From Takakia lepidozioides (Eukaryota; Plantae; Bryophyta), in the NCBI GenBank assembly GCA_030704615.1, contig CM060731.1, positions 35,216,001 through 35,280,000 on the forward strand: 64,000 bases of DNA, written 5' to 3'. The position numbers and the translations under genes were made by a program. The notes below the pieces were generated by a model. It was not told where the DNA came from, searched no databases, and saw nothing but the letters and a program-made list of their open reading frames with translations. How positions within the stretch are numbered: position 1 is the stretch's first letter; every line of letters begins with the position of its first letter. Shown here piece after piece: positions 34,101 through 47,500 of the stretch.

Positions 34101-37100
34101 GGTTATGGGCCCACGAGCGATGTAGAAGATTATGCATATTGATTGATGTTATAGAAGACAAAAAAAATGGCTACCCCAGCAGAAGGGAAGAAGTTCAGTG
34201 GTGGAAACTTCCATTTATGCAAATTTCATATGCGATTTCTATTGCAGGCGAAGCACGTTTGGGAGATGGTGAGTGGAGCGGAAACGTTGGACAAAGCTCA
34301 GGATCTTGCTGTTTGGAAATGTAAGGATTCAACAGCAGTTATGCATATTCTTGCAGCAGTGGATGAGAAACACATGGAGCAGTTGATCAACTGCACTACT
34401 TCCGCAGAGATGTGGACCATGCTTAGTGCGATACACGAGCAAAGTGCGGAGGAGAATATCACGCATCTACAAGAACAGTTCAACCTATAAATGTCAGATG
34501 AAAGAGACAGACTCTATAGCCAAATTTGTCAGTACCATGGCAGCATTGAAACGACAACTCTGTGATCTAGGAGAGAAAATTAGTGGGAGACAGTTAATAA
34601 CCAAGATCAAGGTAGGATTACCTGCAAGGTACGAGTCTTTCTTGCTAGCATGGGATAGTGTACTTGTTGCTGAACAGACCTTTCAGGCTTTTCAGACTAG
34701 GTTACTTAAGAGAGAGTCGTCATTGAAGACAAAGGCCAACACTGAAGCCGAGACAGAACAGGCTTTCTATGTAGGACCTGGTAGTAGTTCACAGAGGAGA
34801 GACTTTCTTACTCCAGACCAGAGGAGGGAGAGAAATGACAGGCTTGACAACTTGAAGAAAATAACCAAATGTCATACATGTGGTGAGTATGGACATTGGT
34901 CAAGGGAGTGTACTAACAAAAAGAAGAATGATAGCAGAGCACAGCAGAGTCGTGCAAACATTGTAGAGAGTGATGCATTTGTAGCGACTACAATATTATG
35001 CTATGAAGAACCAATGGAAAAGTCAGGAGTGCTTTTTAGCGGAACTAGCTATGTCCAAGCAAGTGATGAGGAAGCGTGGTATGCTGATAGTGCAGCCACA
35101 CAGCACATGACAGACAAGAAATATTGGTTTCAGAATCTTGAGACAATCCAGCCTGGGGAGTGAAAGTTGCCAATGACGACATTGTCTGGGTGGCGGGGAT
35201 TGGAGACATTCACATTCTATCAAATGTAAATAGCAAGTGGCAGCCAGGAGTTATCAAGAAAGTTTTATATGTACCAGAACTTTGCAAGAATCTCTTGTCC
35301 ATTGGACAAATGACAGGGAAGAACATTGTAGCGATCATTGACAAAGACAGCTGCAATCTCTACTCAGATCGATCACAGAGCAGACTAATGATGTCAGGAG
35401 TTAAAGAAGGGCAACTATGGCGTATGCAGATCAAGGTCGTTACAACAGAAGGTGAAGCAAATTCAGTCATAGCTGCAGATCTCCAAAGTAGAGGTGAGTC
35501 AACAATTACGATGAAAGAAGATATACCTACTCAACAGACAAGCACGGCTAGTTTGAATCTTCAGATAGTCGTCTTGGTCATATTAACAATGAGACCATCA
35601 AGAAAATGGCTAGAGATGGCAGTGTCACAGGTTTGCGAGTTGCTGACAAGGAAACTGCTTCATCTTTTTGCGATGGTTATGCACATGGCAAAAATTGCAG
35701 GAAACCATTTCCAGTCCATAAAGAGAGGCAAAGAGTAGACAAACCTGGAATATTTTATCATGCTGACCTTTGTGGACCTATGAGTATGTCGTCCATGGAG
35801 GAGCACGATATTATGTGTCGTTTAAGGACGATCATGGTGGCTATAGGGTCATATATTGCCTCGATAGAAAGAGTGATACCTTTTCTGCCTTCAAGAAACT
35901 CCAGTCTAAGTCTAAACGAGAGACGGGAAACAATATTTCCAAGCTGAGGACAGATAGAGGGGGGGAATTTACTAGTCAAGAGTTTGAGAATTATCTTGTT
36001 CAAGTGGGCATTCTCATGAACTTACTGCTCCCTACACTACAGAGCAAAATGGAGTATCAGAACGTGATAATCGCACTATCGTTGAAAGTGTAAGATGTAT
36101 GTTATATGCCAAAGGCATAGACTTACGGTTCTGGGGAGAGGCTGTTACCACTGATGAAGTTACATTCTAAACAAGGTCGGTACTAGCACCTTAGATCAGC
36201 AGACACCCCTACAAGCTTGGTGTGGTAGGCTACCAGATGTGAGCCATATGAGAGTGTTTGGCTCGGTGGCATATGTGCATAGACCGAAACAGCTACGTAC
36301 AAAGCTAGATTCCAAGAGTGACATCTGTTTCCTCATGGGATATTGTGTCGAGTGTAAAGCCTATAGACTGTGGAGCCCAGAGAAACAAAAGATCATCGTA
36401 AGTCGTGATGTTATCTTTAATGAGGACAGCTCCTCTACGTTGGTTTCTACAAGTGTTTCGAAGCGCTCTACAAGTATTTCAAGTTTTTATCATCCCACTA
36501 TTGATTCGGTGGAACCAGTGGGAGTGGTGCCGGTTGCAGTATCTATCAAAGCAGTGGGAGATCATTCAACTGCAGAGATGACTGAAGCAGTGGGAGAGAC
36601 TCATTCAATTATTCCAGATACTTCAGTTGAAGCATGGTTGTGCAAATGCCGGTGGCAGGGGAGAATCCCACCGCACAATCGACAGTGATGAGTGTCAATC
36701 CAGAGATACGACGACAGTCAACAAGGGCAAAGCAGATGCCAAAACATTATGGTGACTGGGCGTATGCAGCAGAAATGATTGCTCCAATCATCTACAATGA
36801 GCCACGGAGTTATGAAGAAGCCATAAGATCAGCCTATTCCAGTGAGTGGCAAGAAGCCATGGAAGATGAGTATGCTTCGTTACTCAAGAATGATACATGG
36901 TTGTTAGTTGACTTGCCACCACACAGAAAGGCAGTCAAAAGCAAGTGGGTCTACAAAGTCAAGACCAACACAGATGGTGGCATCCATCGATTTAAGGCCA
37001 GATTAGTCGCAAAAGGATTATCAAGAGCTGTATGTGCCAGTTGTGAAATTTGAGTCTATCAGGACATTCTTGGCCATAGCTACAGCTCAGGACATGGAAC

Positions 37101-38387
37101 TACTTCAATTTGATATTAAGACAACTTTTCTCCATGGTAACTTGGATGAAGAAATTTACATGGTGCAACCTAAGGGTTTTATTGTCCCAGGGCAAGAAGC
37201 ACACGTCTGCAGACTCCTGAAGAGCATATATGGATTGCGCCAAGCTTCACACATGTGGAATGCCAAATTTCATGAGTTCTTTGCACAATACAATTTGACA
37301 GCCAGCACAGCTGATCCTTGTATCTACTACAATGCTTCTCCTCCACAGATGATACTTGCCATTTATGTAGAGGATGGTTTGGGAGTTCTGATACATCTAA
37401 GCTTCATGGTGTTTTTGATCATCTGAAGAAGGTGTTCGAGTGACAGTTGGACCAGCTGATTGCTACGTTGGCTTGCGGATCTCCCGAAACAGAGTGTTAC
37501 GAATTTTGTTGATTGACCAAACTCGCTACATTTTCTTCATTATGAAGAAGTTTGGTTTTGATAATTGCAATCCCGTTTTGACACCCTCAGATCCTAATGT
37601 ACAGCTTTGTACACCCCTGGGTACAGACGAAGATTTTCCAGACCCAGACTTTCCTTATCAAGAGATTTTGGGAAGTATTATGTTTGCCATGATAGGGTCC
37701 AAGACCTGACCTATCATATGCTGTTAGTATGGCATCGAAGTTCTCTCAGAATCCAAGACAGATTCATTGCACAGCCATCAAGCGCATTTTGCGGTATCTT
37801 CGCGGTACTGCACATTATAGTCTTGAATACTCAGGAGGTGATGGACAGAAAGGCTTTTGCTGATGTGGATTTTGCTGGGGACTTACAGGATCGTAAGTTT
37901 CGAAGTGGCTGTGTTCTATACCTCAACAATTGTCCTGTCACATGGATTAGCCGTTGACTTGTACAGCAGCATCTATGACGGAGTCGGAGTACATAGCGGC
38001 ATGTCTTGTTGCTAAGGAAATTGTTTGGGTTAGACGGCTTCTTGCAGATATTGGGCATGCACAGACTACGCCCACGATTCTTTATAGTGATAATCAAAGC
38101 GCGATTCGGTTGGTCATCAATCCAGAGTATCATCGCCGTACCAAGCATATTGATATTCAATGTCACTTGCTTCGGGAGTTTCATCAGCGCGGAGACATTC
38201 TCCTGACCTACATTGGTACTCATGATCAAGTTGCTGACATCTTTACGAAGTCACTTGCATCTGATAAGTTTCTGCGATTCCGCCAGCTCCTGCGTTTGAT
38301 GCCTCCAGACAGCGAATAGTACATGAAGTGGGAGGTGACAGTTGGTGATTGTCTACATAAGTCATGAACTATTATACTAAGTGGGAG

Positions 38388-38673
38388 TGTTACAGATATA
38401 TTGAAACAGTAGAATAGTTACATGAGGGTTTGTTCACAAGGCACTAGTGTGCTTATGACTTTTGAATTTCTGTTTTCTACTGATCATGACCTACTATTGC
38501 CTATGGTGGCGTGCATGTATCTTGAGGGGGTTTTTCACGATCGGTAGATATACCAGTGCATCGCAAAGACTGTGGTTCTCTAAGTAGTAAAAGCTTCGTT
38601 TGCTTCCATAACATTTGCTTTGTCTTTATCATTATGCATTGACTACTTTATGCTAGATAGTGAGATTCCATTA
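38388..38673 (+). repeat. Copia 3' LTR (TG...TA)
   Basis: Follows the PPT; followed by TSD GGAAT at 38674-38678. Confidence 0.95.
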
Positions 38674-39184
38674 GGAATCGGGTCAGGACTTGACACGCTT
38701 GTCCAACCCAGAATGGTTCAACGCTTTCTAGACAAAGTTGCACTCTTAACTGCCTTTGACTAGGCCTCCCTTCAATTTTGACGTGCTTAGGTTAGAGAGA
38801 GCTGCACCCGCAGCTCCTAAGATAATTTGGGTCGTTGTCTACGTTGCACCATCCATTTGGACCAGTGAGGCTCGTTCTTGATCATACCCAGAGTACTTTA
38901 CAAGAAAGCAAAGGGGCTGAATTCCCTTTCAGCTCTCTAGCTTGTGTGTTTGCTACGTATCTCTCTTACCTCCCTTGAGAGCACATGGGAAAGGGAATGT
39001 TCAACCTGTCATAAATTGAGCTCTCACAGGCATAGATTAAGCAAACTCTGACAAGGGGATAGGTGATTTCACCTGGAGGAAGATTTTGATGAGTGATCAA
39101 CTCTGCAAGTACACCCATTTCCTCTCTTTTCTAGCCGGATGGTACTAGGGTTACCCAAGAGATTGTACACATGCATCAAAAAAC

Positions 39185-42100
39185 TAGTCTGAAATGCTAC
39201 TGGATTTATGCTTAGGAGTGCCAGGATTGAACAAGTCACACATGTGGCATTATTGGTTTCAAACCTTAAGGAAGGCTCAGGCTGCAAGTAGGAGATTCGC
39301 AGACACCATTCTCAAAATAAAGTGCAGCTCTTTGAATCCAGACCAGCATTGGCTGATGGCTACAGTGACCCAAAACAAACATGTTGTGCTCATCCTTGAA
39401 ATTGATCAGATATGGTTGTCATTCGTCTTAAGGGAGCCTTGAAAGAAAGAACCAGGATTACCGAGATAATGCAGGAATCAATGTGAACATTGAATTGTTA
39501 CTGCTCAACCAAAATACTAAAACCTCTTATTCTCTCTCTCTCTCCTCTTGTGTCCCTTTTGTTCCCGCTCAAACTGGGCGCGGGGTCAATGGAAACAACG
39601 TCTTATGAGTACAATCTCTCTCCTCTTGTGGCGTTATTAGACCTGCCTTGGAGTACGCATCTGCAATATGGGTTGATAACTCCAACCAGGCTAAGTCTCT
39701 CCAATCCATTCAAGTGGGGTGCTTAAGGAGTGCATGTCCGCATGCTCCAACACAGCCAATGTGGCTGTTCGGGGTGAGTTTGGCATCCCTTAAGCTCCCG
39801 ATGAGATGAATTCAAGGTTGAGGGCATTGCTGTCCATCTTGCATTGGAGCTTCTATTTGGTAGCGCTTCCCCTCTTTTTGATCTCGACGTCATAGCCTAG
39901 CATAGCAAAGGCACTATTTTTTAAAGACTTCTGCTTAGTTTTGAGGTTAGCGGGCCAATCCTGCGTCTCCTTCTCACTTTTGTCTTCGTTATCATTTTGC
40001 CGACAGAATTCTTCGTACGCTCATCAAATTATGTTGGTTGGTGAGACCGTCTCTTCTCTGTCTCTTACATTCCAAGTGTGAATCTGACTCTAGGTTCACA
40101 CAAGCATTGAGAACACAAATGAACGTCACCCAGTCAGGCATCACCCCTTCCCGTTGCATTTGCTCATACATTTCTAGAGACTCTCTACAAGATACCTGTG
40201 CTGAGCATCACTCCAGCAGACCACATTTCGTTTAGCCATATTGTCAAACACTTGACGCGCATCCTTCATGCTCCTACATTTGGCATACATGTCGACCAGA
40301 GTTCCAGACTGATGTCCGGCGTAATTCCACCTTTACTGAGGTCAGCATGGACCCGCTTGCCCTTTTCAAGGGCTTGTAGGCTGGCACATGCAATATGAGA
40401 ACGCAAGTGAATGTCACCCGATCAGGGTCCACCCCTTGACTTTGCAATTGTCCATAGATCTCGACAGCCTCTGTACCATACCCATGCTTGGTAAATCCTG
40501 CTATCATTATAGTCCACGTAAACATATATCGCTCAGGCATTCTGTCAAACACTTGGCGAGCATCCACCATACTGCCACACTCTGCATACATGTTGACAAG
40601 TTCGTTGAGTAGAAAGATGCTTGGCTTGAATCCAATTTGAATGATGTGGACGTGCATCCGCTTTCCCTCTGCTAGATCTTTTATCTTGATGCACTCCTGC
40701 AAGAGACAGACATAAGTACTGGAGTCTGGCCGAATGCCTTGTTGGTTCAAAATATGCATAGCATCTTTAAGTCGTCCTGCCTTACACAGTGTCCTCACAT
40801 ACCCACTTAGTGCGGGAAGAATTTTTGTTGACCCCCTCTCTTGGTCTTGTCTCAACAACAGTGGCCATGGAGGAGGTCCTACCCGTGCCACCGCTCTGAA
40901 GTGCAATGGACAACTGGGCCTGCTTCAACCAGCCATCCTGCACGACTCTAAACTCTTAATTGCAATGCATAACCTTTACACTAACTCAACATAATATACC
41001 CTGGATTTCCAAACATTTCAAAGAAGGCTCTTGACAAGTTTTGATGGCTACGGCCCTACTGCAGTAAGATATATTGAGAACTAATTATCTATCCGAATTC
41101 AAACAGTTCAGGGACCATGAAAACAGTACCTGTTGTAGTCTTGGCCTGGAGCTCGATGTTGTGCAGGAACAGAAGAGATATCTCCATGTGCTGAGCCTTG
41201 TATTATGACAGACGGTTCTGTTTTCACCCCAGCAGGGTTCCACGAATTGTCAATCCAAAGGACCTCCTCGATGCCCTTTCGTCTGAAGGCTGGAGATCTT
41301 TGGGCTGTTTTGGGAAAACACGAGTTGCAGCTGAGCGGCCATATCTTTGGCCGTGGTCTCACAAAGACCAGGATATGGCTCAAAGCATCTTTCCAATCAA
41401 GGGCAACTTTGAACACACTACTTTCGTTGCCTGCTAGAACAACCTACGGGTAGCAACAGAAAGATGTGGTTTAGCTGCTCTTGACGACAAAGAGAACCCC
41501 TGTCACCTCCTACAAGAAGAAGTATCACCTTCTCAAACCTGTTGTCCCACCACAGTGAAGGATCTGCGAAGGAGTCCTGCCATAGCCATTCTCTGCTTAT
41601 TGCTCGGTCTGCATGCAAGCACCACTACAATACTATCTTTAGCAACTCCTAATTACCTGGTTTAATTGAAAAATTGTGCATCTCACTCTGTCTCTGACCC
41701 GCTCTGCAGCATTTGTCCTGCAATTTGGAAAGAATGAAGTCTGGGGCGAACAATCCAATTGGTTTTTCAACATGATTGTAACATGATGAAATGCATACAA
41801 CACTTTGCCAAGTTTGGCAGTTAGTTAGTGAACCACCCCATTGTTTTCTTGTTACTCTCAGGCTGGTTTAATGTTGAGAAAGCAGTAAACTTCAAGAACA
41901 AAAGGAGATATTGGGCTAATACAGCAAGCATAAATATTGGGGCCAGTTTTTTTCAAGCAGTGGTTGAAGCATGTGCTTCCCTCTCTACATGCAACTAGTG
42001 GCTTTCTCCATCACTTGAGAGCACTGGATGCGATGGAGGAAGAATGCATGCGATTTTTGGCCCCAGGATTGAGCAAGTCGCGTGGTATTATTGGTTTCAA

Positions 42101-42400
42101 ACCTTAACGAAGGCTCAGGCTGGAAGTAGGAGATTCGAAGACACCATTCTCCGAATAAAGTGCAGAATCTCTTTGAATCCAGACCAGCATTGGCTGATGG
42201 CTACAATGACCCACAAAAAATACACTGTGCTCATCCTTGAAATTGATCAGATATGGTTGTCATGCATCTCAAGGGAGCCTTGAAAGAAACAAACAGATTT
42301 ACCGAGATAATGCAGGAATCAATGTGAAAATCAATTGAACTTTTACCGCTCAACCGAAACACTAAAACCTCTCATTCTCTCTCTCTCTCTCTCTCCTTCT
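39185..42400. repeat. ~350 bp dispersed direct repeat (about 39220-39545 and 42062-42395), each ending in (CT)n; possibly the duplicated 5' region of the minus-strand PPR gene
   Basis: Near-identical ccaggattga..ttggtttcaaaccttaa..ccagaccagcattggctgatggctaca..gggagccttgaaagaaa..actaaaacctct. Confidence 0.85.
40085..41608 (-). pseudogene. 5' portion of a PDF-motif-PPR paralogue (exons 41608-41529, ~41312-41130, 40937-~40085), frameshifted and 3' truncated
   Basis: RAISREWLWQDSFADPSLWWDNRFEK|..SPAFRRKGIEEVLWIDNSWNPAGV..DYNR|..SGYVRTLCKAGRLKDAMHILNQQGIRPDSSTYVCLLQECIK, colinear with 20013-21550; 1-nt deletion just after the ATG. Confidence 0.85.
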
Positions 42401-42439
42401 CCCTGTCCTCTAGGAAGCCTATTGACATTGGATGGACTT

Positions 42440-44559
42440 GATACGGGAGTACATTAATGTCTCTGTGACTAAATGCCGGTCTTGTGACCTCGTGTCCTTG
42501 TTTGTTTCAACCTAGTCTCAACCTCAGCTGTTGGGTCTACTTCTTCATATTCTTCCTCTTCCAATTTCTTCTCACCGTTTTCATCCTCCAAGTTCTGCCC
42601 TTGGGTTTTTTCTTCACTCATGTAACTCAACTGTAATGGTGTTGGAGAGTCTGAACTCTCCGTTGGCTCTGCCACATCCTCTCCTCCTTCTTCACCTTCC
42701 GCTTCAGAAACTGGAGTTCCTGCTTTTGGTGTTCCATGCCAACTCTTATCAAAGATTTCTGTCAAATCTTTTATCCAGGGATGTACCTCTCACCTCGTGA
42801 TTGATCTTCTTCCTGTACCAATTCCCTTAATCTTTTTTGCAAAGAAACAGAAGGAGTGGCATCCAACTCTAGTTCTTCCGGTATGGGTGATGTACTCTTT
42901 GATCTTAATGGTGTGAGAGGTCCAGATGATTCCCCTATGTCTATTCCTCTCTCCCAAAGATATGGATAATTAGCTTTCAGATAGCTTTCTCTTTTTGCTG
43001 AATATCTCCGGCGTCTAGCTTCTCTTTCATCACTCATGTCCCATGTCTTTCATTTCTTTTTAATGTGGCAATAACCAAAACTCTCTTCTGTAATATCTCT
43101 CGTATATGCCTGGGTTTCTTTCAAGCTTCAATGCACCCTTGGCTATACTTGAAGTCTCCGTTACCATATAACCATATGGCAAACAAGTCTGAAAAGCTGT
43201 TCTTGGTGTGAGTTTGATCCACAAAATATCCTTTGGAATCCAATTCTTTACCAGTACAAGCTCTTCATGCATATGAGTATAAACATTCACCTTTCTTTCC
43301 TCCCAGCCTTCAAACTCTACTCGCTTAATGGATAGCAATGCTATCACATAAACCAATGTTGGTAACCAACGTGCTCTTCCTCTACAGGCCACCTGATAAA
43401 TCTTTATCACTCCTTTCTCCAGACCCCACTCTGGGTCAGCATCATGCACTCTCTTAAGAATGTTTTCTTTACAACCGTCTGGCAATTCCAAAAACCTCTG
43501 GAAGAATCGTTTGGACAATCTTTCCTTCTTAGTTTCACAAGGAATTTGATTCAATCAAATTCTTTAATTCTCCATCCACCATGATCCCACCAGATGCCTG
43601 TCACATCTTGTTGTTCATGACCCAGTTCCCCAGTATGGTCGCCAAATGTCGCGCGGCTTTTACTCACCCATCCCTTCGCTATCCGAGGTGGAAACTCCAA
43701 GATAGAAGAGTTGGAAATCTCTAAGTACTCAGCCCGCTCAGAACAATCAGTCATGACCTACAGCTAGTGTATCATGGGGCTATTTCCTATTTGTTTTCCT
43801 TCCCGCATTCATGTTAGCTAGTTACCTTACTGCTGGTAATTAAGTATCAGTTTGCTTCATCAATTTATTGGATTCCATCAACTCATCCATTCATTCCACA
43901 GCTTCACTCAGATCTCTCTACACAGTGTGAGTATGAAGTGTGTATCAGATTAATATCTATCAAGTATCAGGCTGAAGCCATGGAGTCTCGAATCTGCTCT
44001 ACATTACAATTCTACTGCCTGCATTCATTAAGCATCAACAGATCCTCCTCCTACTCCGTGCTCTCCATCTTTCTGCTCAGAGATACGCTCTCTTCTCCTT
44101 TCCCCCAGTGATGTCCGAAGTCTCCCCCAGAAGTGCTCCTTCCCCTCCTTCCAGCAGTGATTCCCCCCCTGAAGTGCTCCCAAAAATCATCCCCCTTTCA
44201 GTCCTTGCTCCTAGCTTTATCTTCCTACCCGTTGTTCTAACCGTTTCCCTCACTAACCGTCGTCCGTGAACTAACATGTTCCATTCGCAGGTGTTGTTCT
44301 CCACAGTCGTTCCCTGTCCTGCTATCCGTTCCCTATGGTCGTGACAGCTGTGTCAAGCTGTGACTGGCTGTGTGAAACTGTGACCGGCTGTGACCGGCTG
44401 TGTCGGCTGTGACGGGCTGTGTTGGCTGTGTCTGGCTGTGTTGGCTGTGACGGCTGTGTTGGCTGTGTCGGGCTGTGTAACCCCCCCCTAAAGTGCGCTG
44501 CTGTCACCCCTAAGGCTCCTGTTGGTCTCAGTCTGTGCAAAAATTAAGGGTACCCCACA
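42440..44559 (-). mobile_element. 5' fragment of an Ogre/Tat-like gypsy element: LTR (~44559-43647), PBS and upstream ORFs
   Basis: Minus strand TGTGGGGTACC...GCGCGACA-TT-TGGCGACCATACTGGGGA (PBS 43644-43627, resembling the tRNA-Arg PBS of Ogre/Tat), followed by ORFs 43554-43060, 43037-42771 and 42765-42469; GGCTGTG repeats inside the LTR. Confidence 0.55.
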
Positions 44560-47500
44560 GATTCCGTATAAGTGTCTAAGTCCCAGACAGTCCTCTAATA
44601 GATGTGGAATGCGAGTCCTTATTGAGGAGCTTGCTTCTCAACTTGGAATCTGAGTCCTGACCCAGATGGAGTGTGAGTCCTAATTAGGGAGTGTGAATCT
44701 TGTTTGTAGTCCCACCATCAGCTGCATAGAACTTGGAAGTCTAATATGGGGGACAAAAAGTCCATTATGATGGACACTCTACACATAATTATTGTGGTCC
44801 AACTGTTGGGACTTCGTGCCATGGTAAGGACTACAATGACTTGTCTGGACTCAAATTACAGTTAATGTTGTATTGGTAGACACTAGGCACCAAGTGATAA
44901 TTCAGCCTTCTCAAACCAGTTGTAATGGTGTAGGTGTGATAGCAGATGATGGCTTCATTGATACCAACAAACGAAGACCAGGACCTCCATCTCAAGCCAC
45001 CACCAACTATAGCGCATTCACCACCAACTATAGTGGATGCCAAAGTGGATATGGTGGTAGTGTTGTGAACCAAAACTTCCCTTGAACTCCAAGCTCTTCA
45101 ACTCTTCAAATGTCACCTTTGGGGCTGTCGCGGTCGGGGATCGTTGCACCAATTGTTGGTGATTTGTTGAACCCTGAGGTTGATGTCACACCTGATACCA
45201 TCATGCAAGAGGTTTCAGCTTCAGGAAAGGGTTTTGTCAAGAAGTTCGTCATTCCTGGTTCTCCACCAAAGAAGATTCTTGGATCTCCATTGCAGGCTTC
45301 ATTTGTTCCAAAGTTTGTTACGACACATACGCTACAAAGTACACATGAAGATGTTGTGGACTTGACAATCCCATCCACCGTTGTTCCTCCTTATGTGGAT
45401 GTGAAGGTTGAAAGAGATAGTGCCCAAAATACTAGACATGTGGCAACCCTCTCATCAGACTCAGAATTGGGGTCAGAGGGATTTGAATTGATGTTGGGGC
45501 TGACTTTGAGTCTGATTCTGATACAATTGTACAATACCATAGGTGGAGGCCCCTCACAAGTTTCAGATCCTATATTTCATGTCACTCCACCAGTTGCTAC
45601 CTCCCTTGTTGCTCCACCACTATCCATTCCCGCAAATCTAGCTTAATTTGATGGTGGTTCTCCATTACCTATGGTAGTATATGTACCTCATGCCTTAGCA
45701 ACAACCCCTCCTATTCTTGGACTAGTGTTGAACCCCCCAGCTGCAGCCCTTGTCAGTCCACATGTTCAGGCAACAGGAAGCATAAACAAGAACAAAAGAG
45801 ATCTCGCAAGGCATTGAGTGCAGAGTATGCAAAGAAGCCCACCACTAGGGCGGATTCTAAGGTATCAATTGACAAGGATATGGACAAGTGCCCAGGTGAA
45901 AGTACCCCCTCATCAAAGAGAGTTGTCGTGCAGAAGCCCTTGGATACAAATGAGGACAACGATCTGAGCCACCATGATAAGAGTAACTCAATCCCACGGG
46001 ACGGTGTTGTGAAGGCCACTCGGGGCCCTGTTGTGAAGTCACTGAACACCGTGAAGACTCCTCCCAACTTGACCACTTGGGGGCCTGTTGTCAAGTCCCT
46101 TAATACTGTCAAGACCCCACCTAACTTGAAGATGGATGCAGGTTCTTCTGGTGCAGGCCCTAAGAAGAAGAAAAGAAAACATATCAACTAGGTACAAGCT
46201 GAGTACTGTACCACTTATGCTTTTATCACTTTGCTTTTCTAAATCTTGGTTGTTATTTTGCCAATTCATGCTCAAGTTTCTGATGTAGTTTAACTCCTCT
46301 ATGCATGATATATAGGACATACATCTGGTATATGTCTAGTGCTGAATTATGAGACAGAAGTTTAGGAAGATCTTGAGCATTGTGGGTGGCAATGCAGGGC
46401 ATGTGATTAGCAGACCGCCCCTATGAGGACTTTACCACTCGCTGCTGTCATTGTGGGGACAAGTCTCGTCTCTTCAGCAGTACCAATTCATTTATGCCAT
46501 GACCACTTTGGGATGCAAGAAAGCAAATGCTAGTCTTTCATTGATGGGGTAGAGGTTGGTGCCACGATATGTCAATGTTGAGCAGTTTAGAACTGACAGA
46601 GGATGTGTTAGTTGTTACCATTAGGTGCCCAGCCAAGTCATGTGATGTGGATTTGCCCTTGTGGTTTTTCGAGTAGCTCACAATGGACACATGACATGGA
46701 TTGAGGGCATGCACATTACTGTTCTTTGTTCATTTTTTGCTGATAGGTATGTTGTACATGTTTGAGTAAGGCAACAATATCATGACAGTGGTTTTTGAAA
46801 ACAATGCACTCTATTTTGCTATCTGCTTCTGATAGGAATTGCTAGAATACCTTCCTGCAGGCAGTCTACTGTCCTTCATTCTATGTGAGAAAGATGGCTT
46901 TGAAAGGCCCGTTGCTTTTCCTGCCTGTGCTACAATTCTCCAACATGCGTGGGTTTAACATAGTCTGTGTCTGGAATTTGACTAACCGATGGATGGTATG
47001 GCTGCACCCGGTTGCGTACCTCTATCCTCCTTTGCTTGACTCTGATAGTTCATTTATGAAATTGCAATCGGACACCAACAATACAAGTCTCCGTCTCTTA
47101 ATGGTTATTAGTCTAGCTCCTTGGTGAAGATCCCTGGTATGGCGGACCGAAGCCTGGCCAACAGACAACATTCCCATCATTCCCCTCTCTACACAAGACA
47201 AGCTGGTTCTGTACCCAAGTCATGACACTAATCAACTCACTAAACAGAATATACCTCAGTAATGAGCAACACTAAGCAATCTACCTTCGCTCAATTGAGC
47301 ACAGAAATGTGATTTGTAGTGCTGCCTGCCTAAGTCTTTAGAGAGTTTGATAGTATCTCTCAACTTCATCCAAGCCCAAAAATTACTTGTGTGTATGATC
47401 GAATGCATGCAGTTCAATATGCAAGGATGGTTTAACTTTGAAGAGGGAATCCAGACAGTATGATAGCAGGTCTGTTGCTGTTCCACTTGATTGTTCTGCT

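Larger units (their letters stand above)
33760..38673 (+). mobile_element. Full-length but frameshifted Ty1/copia LTR retrotransposon (Osser/Bryco/Lyco-like priming)
   Basis: LTRs 33760-34100 and 38388-38673; TSD GGAAT on both sides; PBS GGTTATGGGCCCA at 34101; PPT AAGTGGGAG; gag CHTCGEYGHWSREC, PR WYADSAAT, IN HADLCGP/RTDRGGEF, RT KARLVAKG/QFDIKTTFLHG, RH YSDNQSA/RTKHIDI. Confidence 0.97.
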
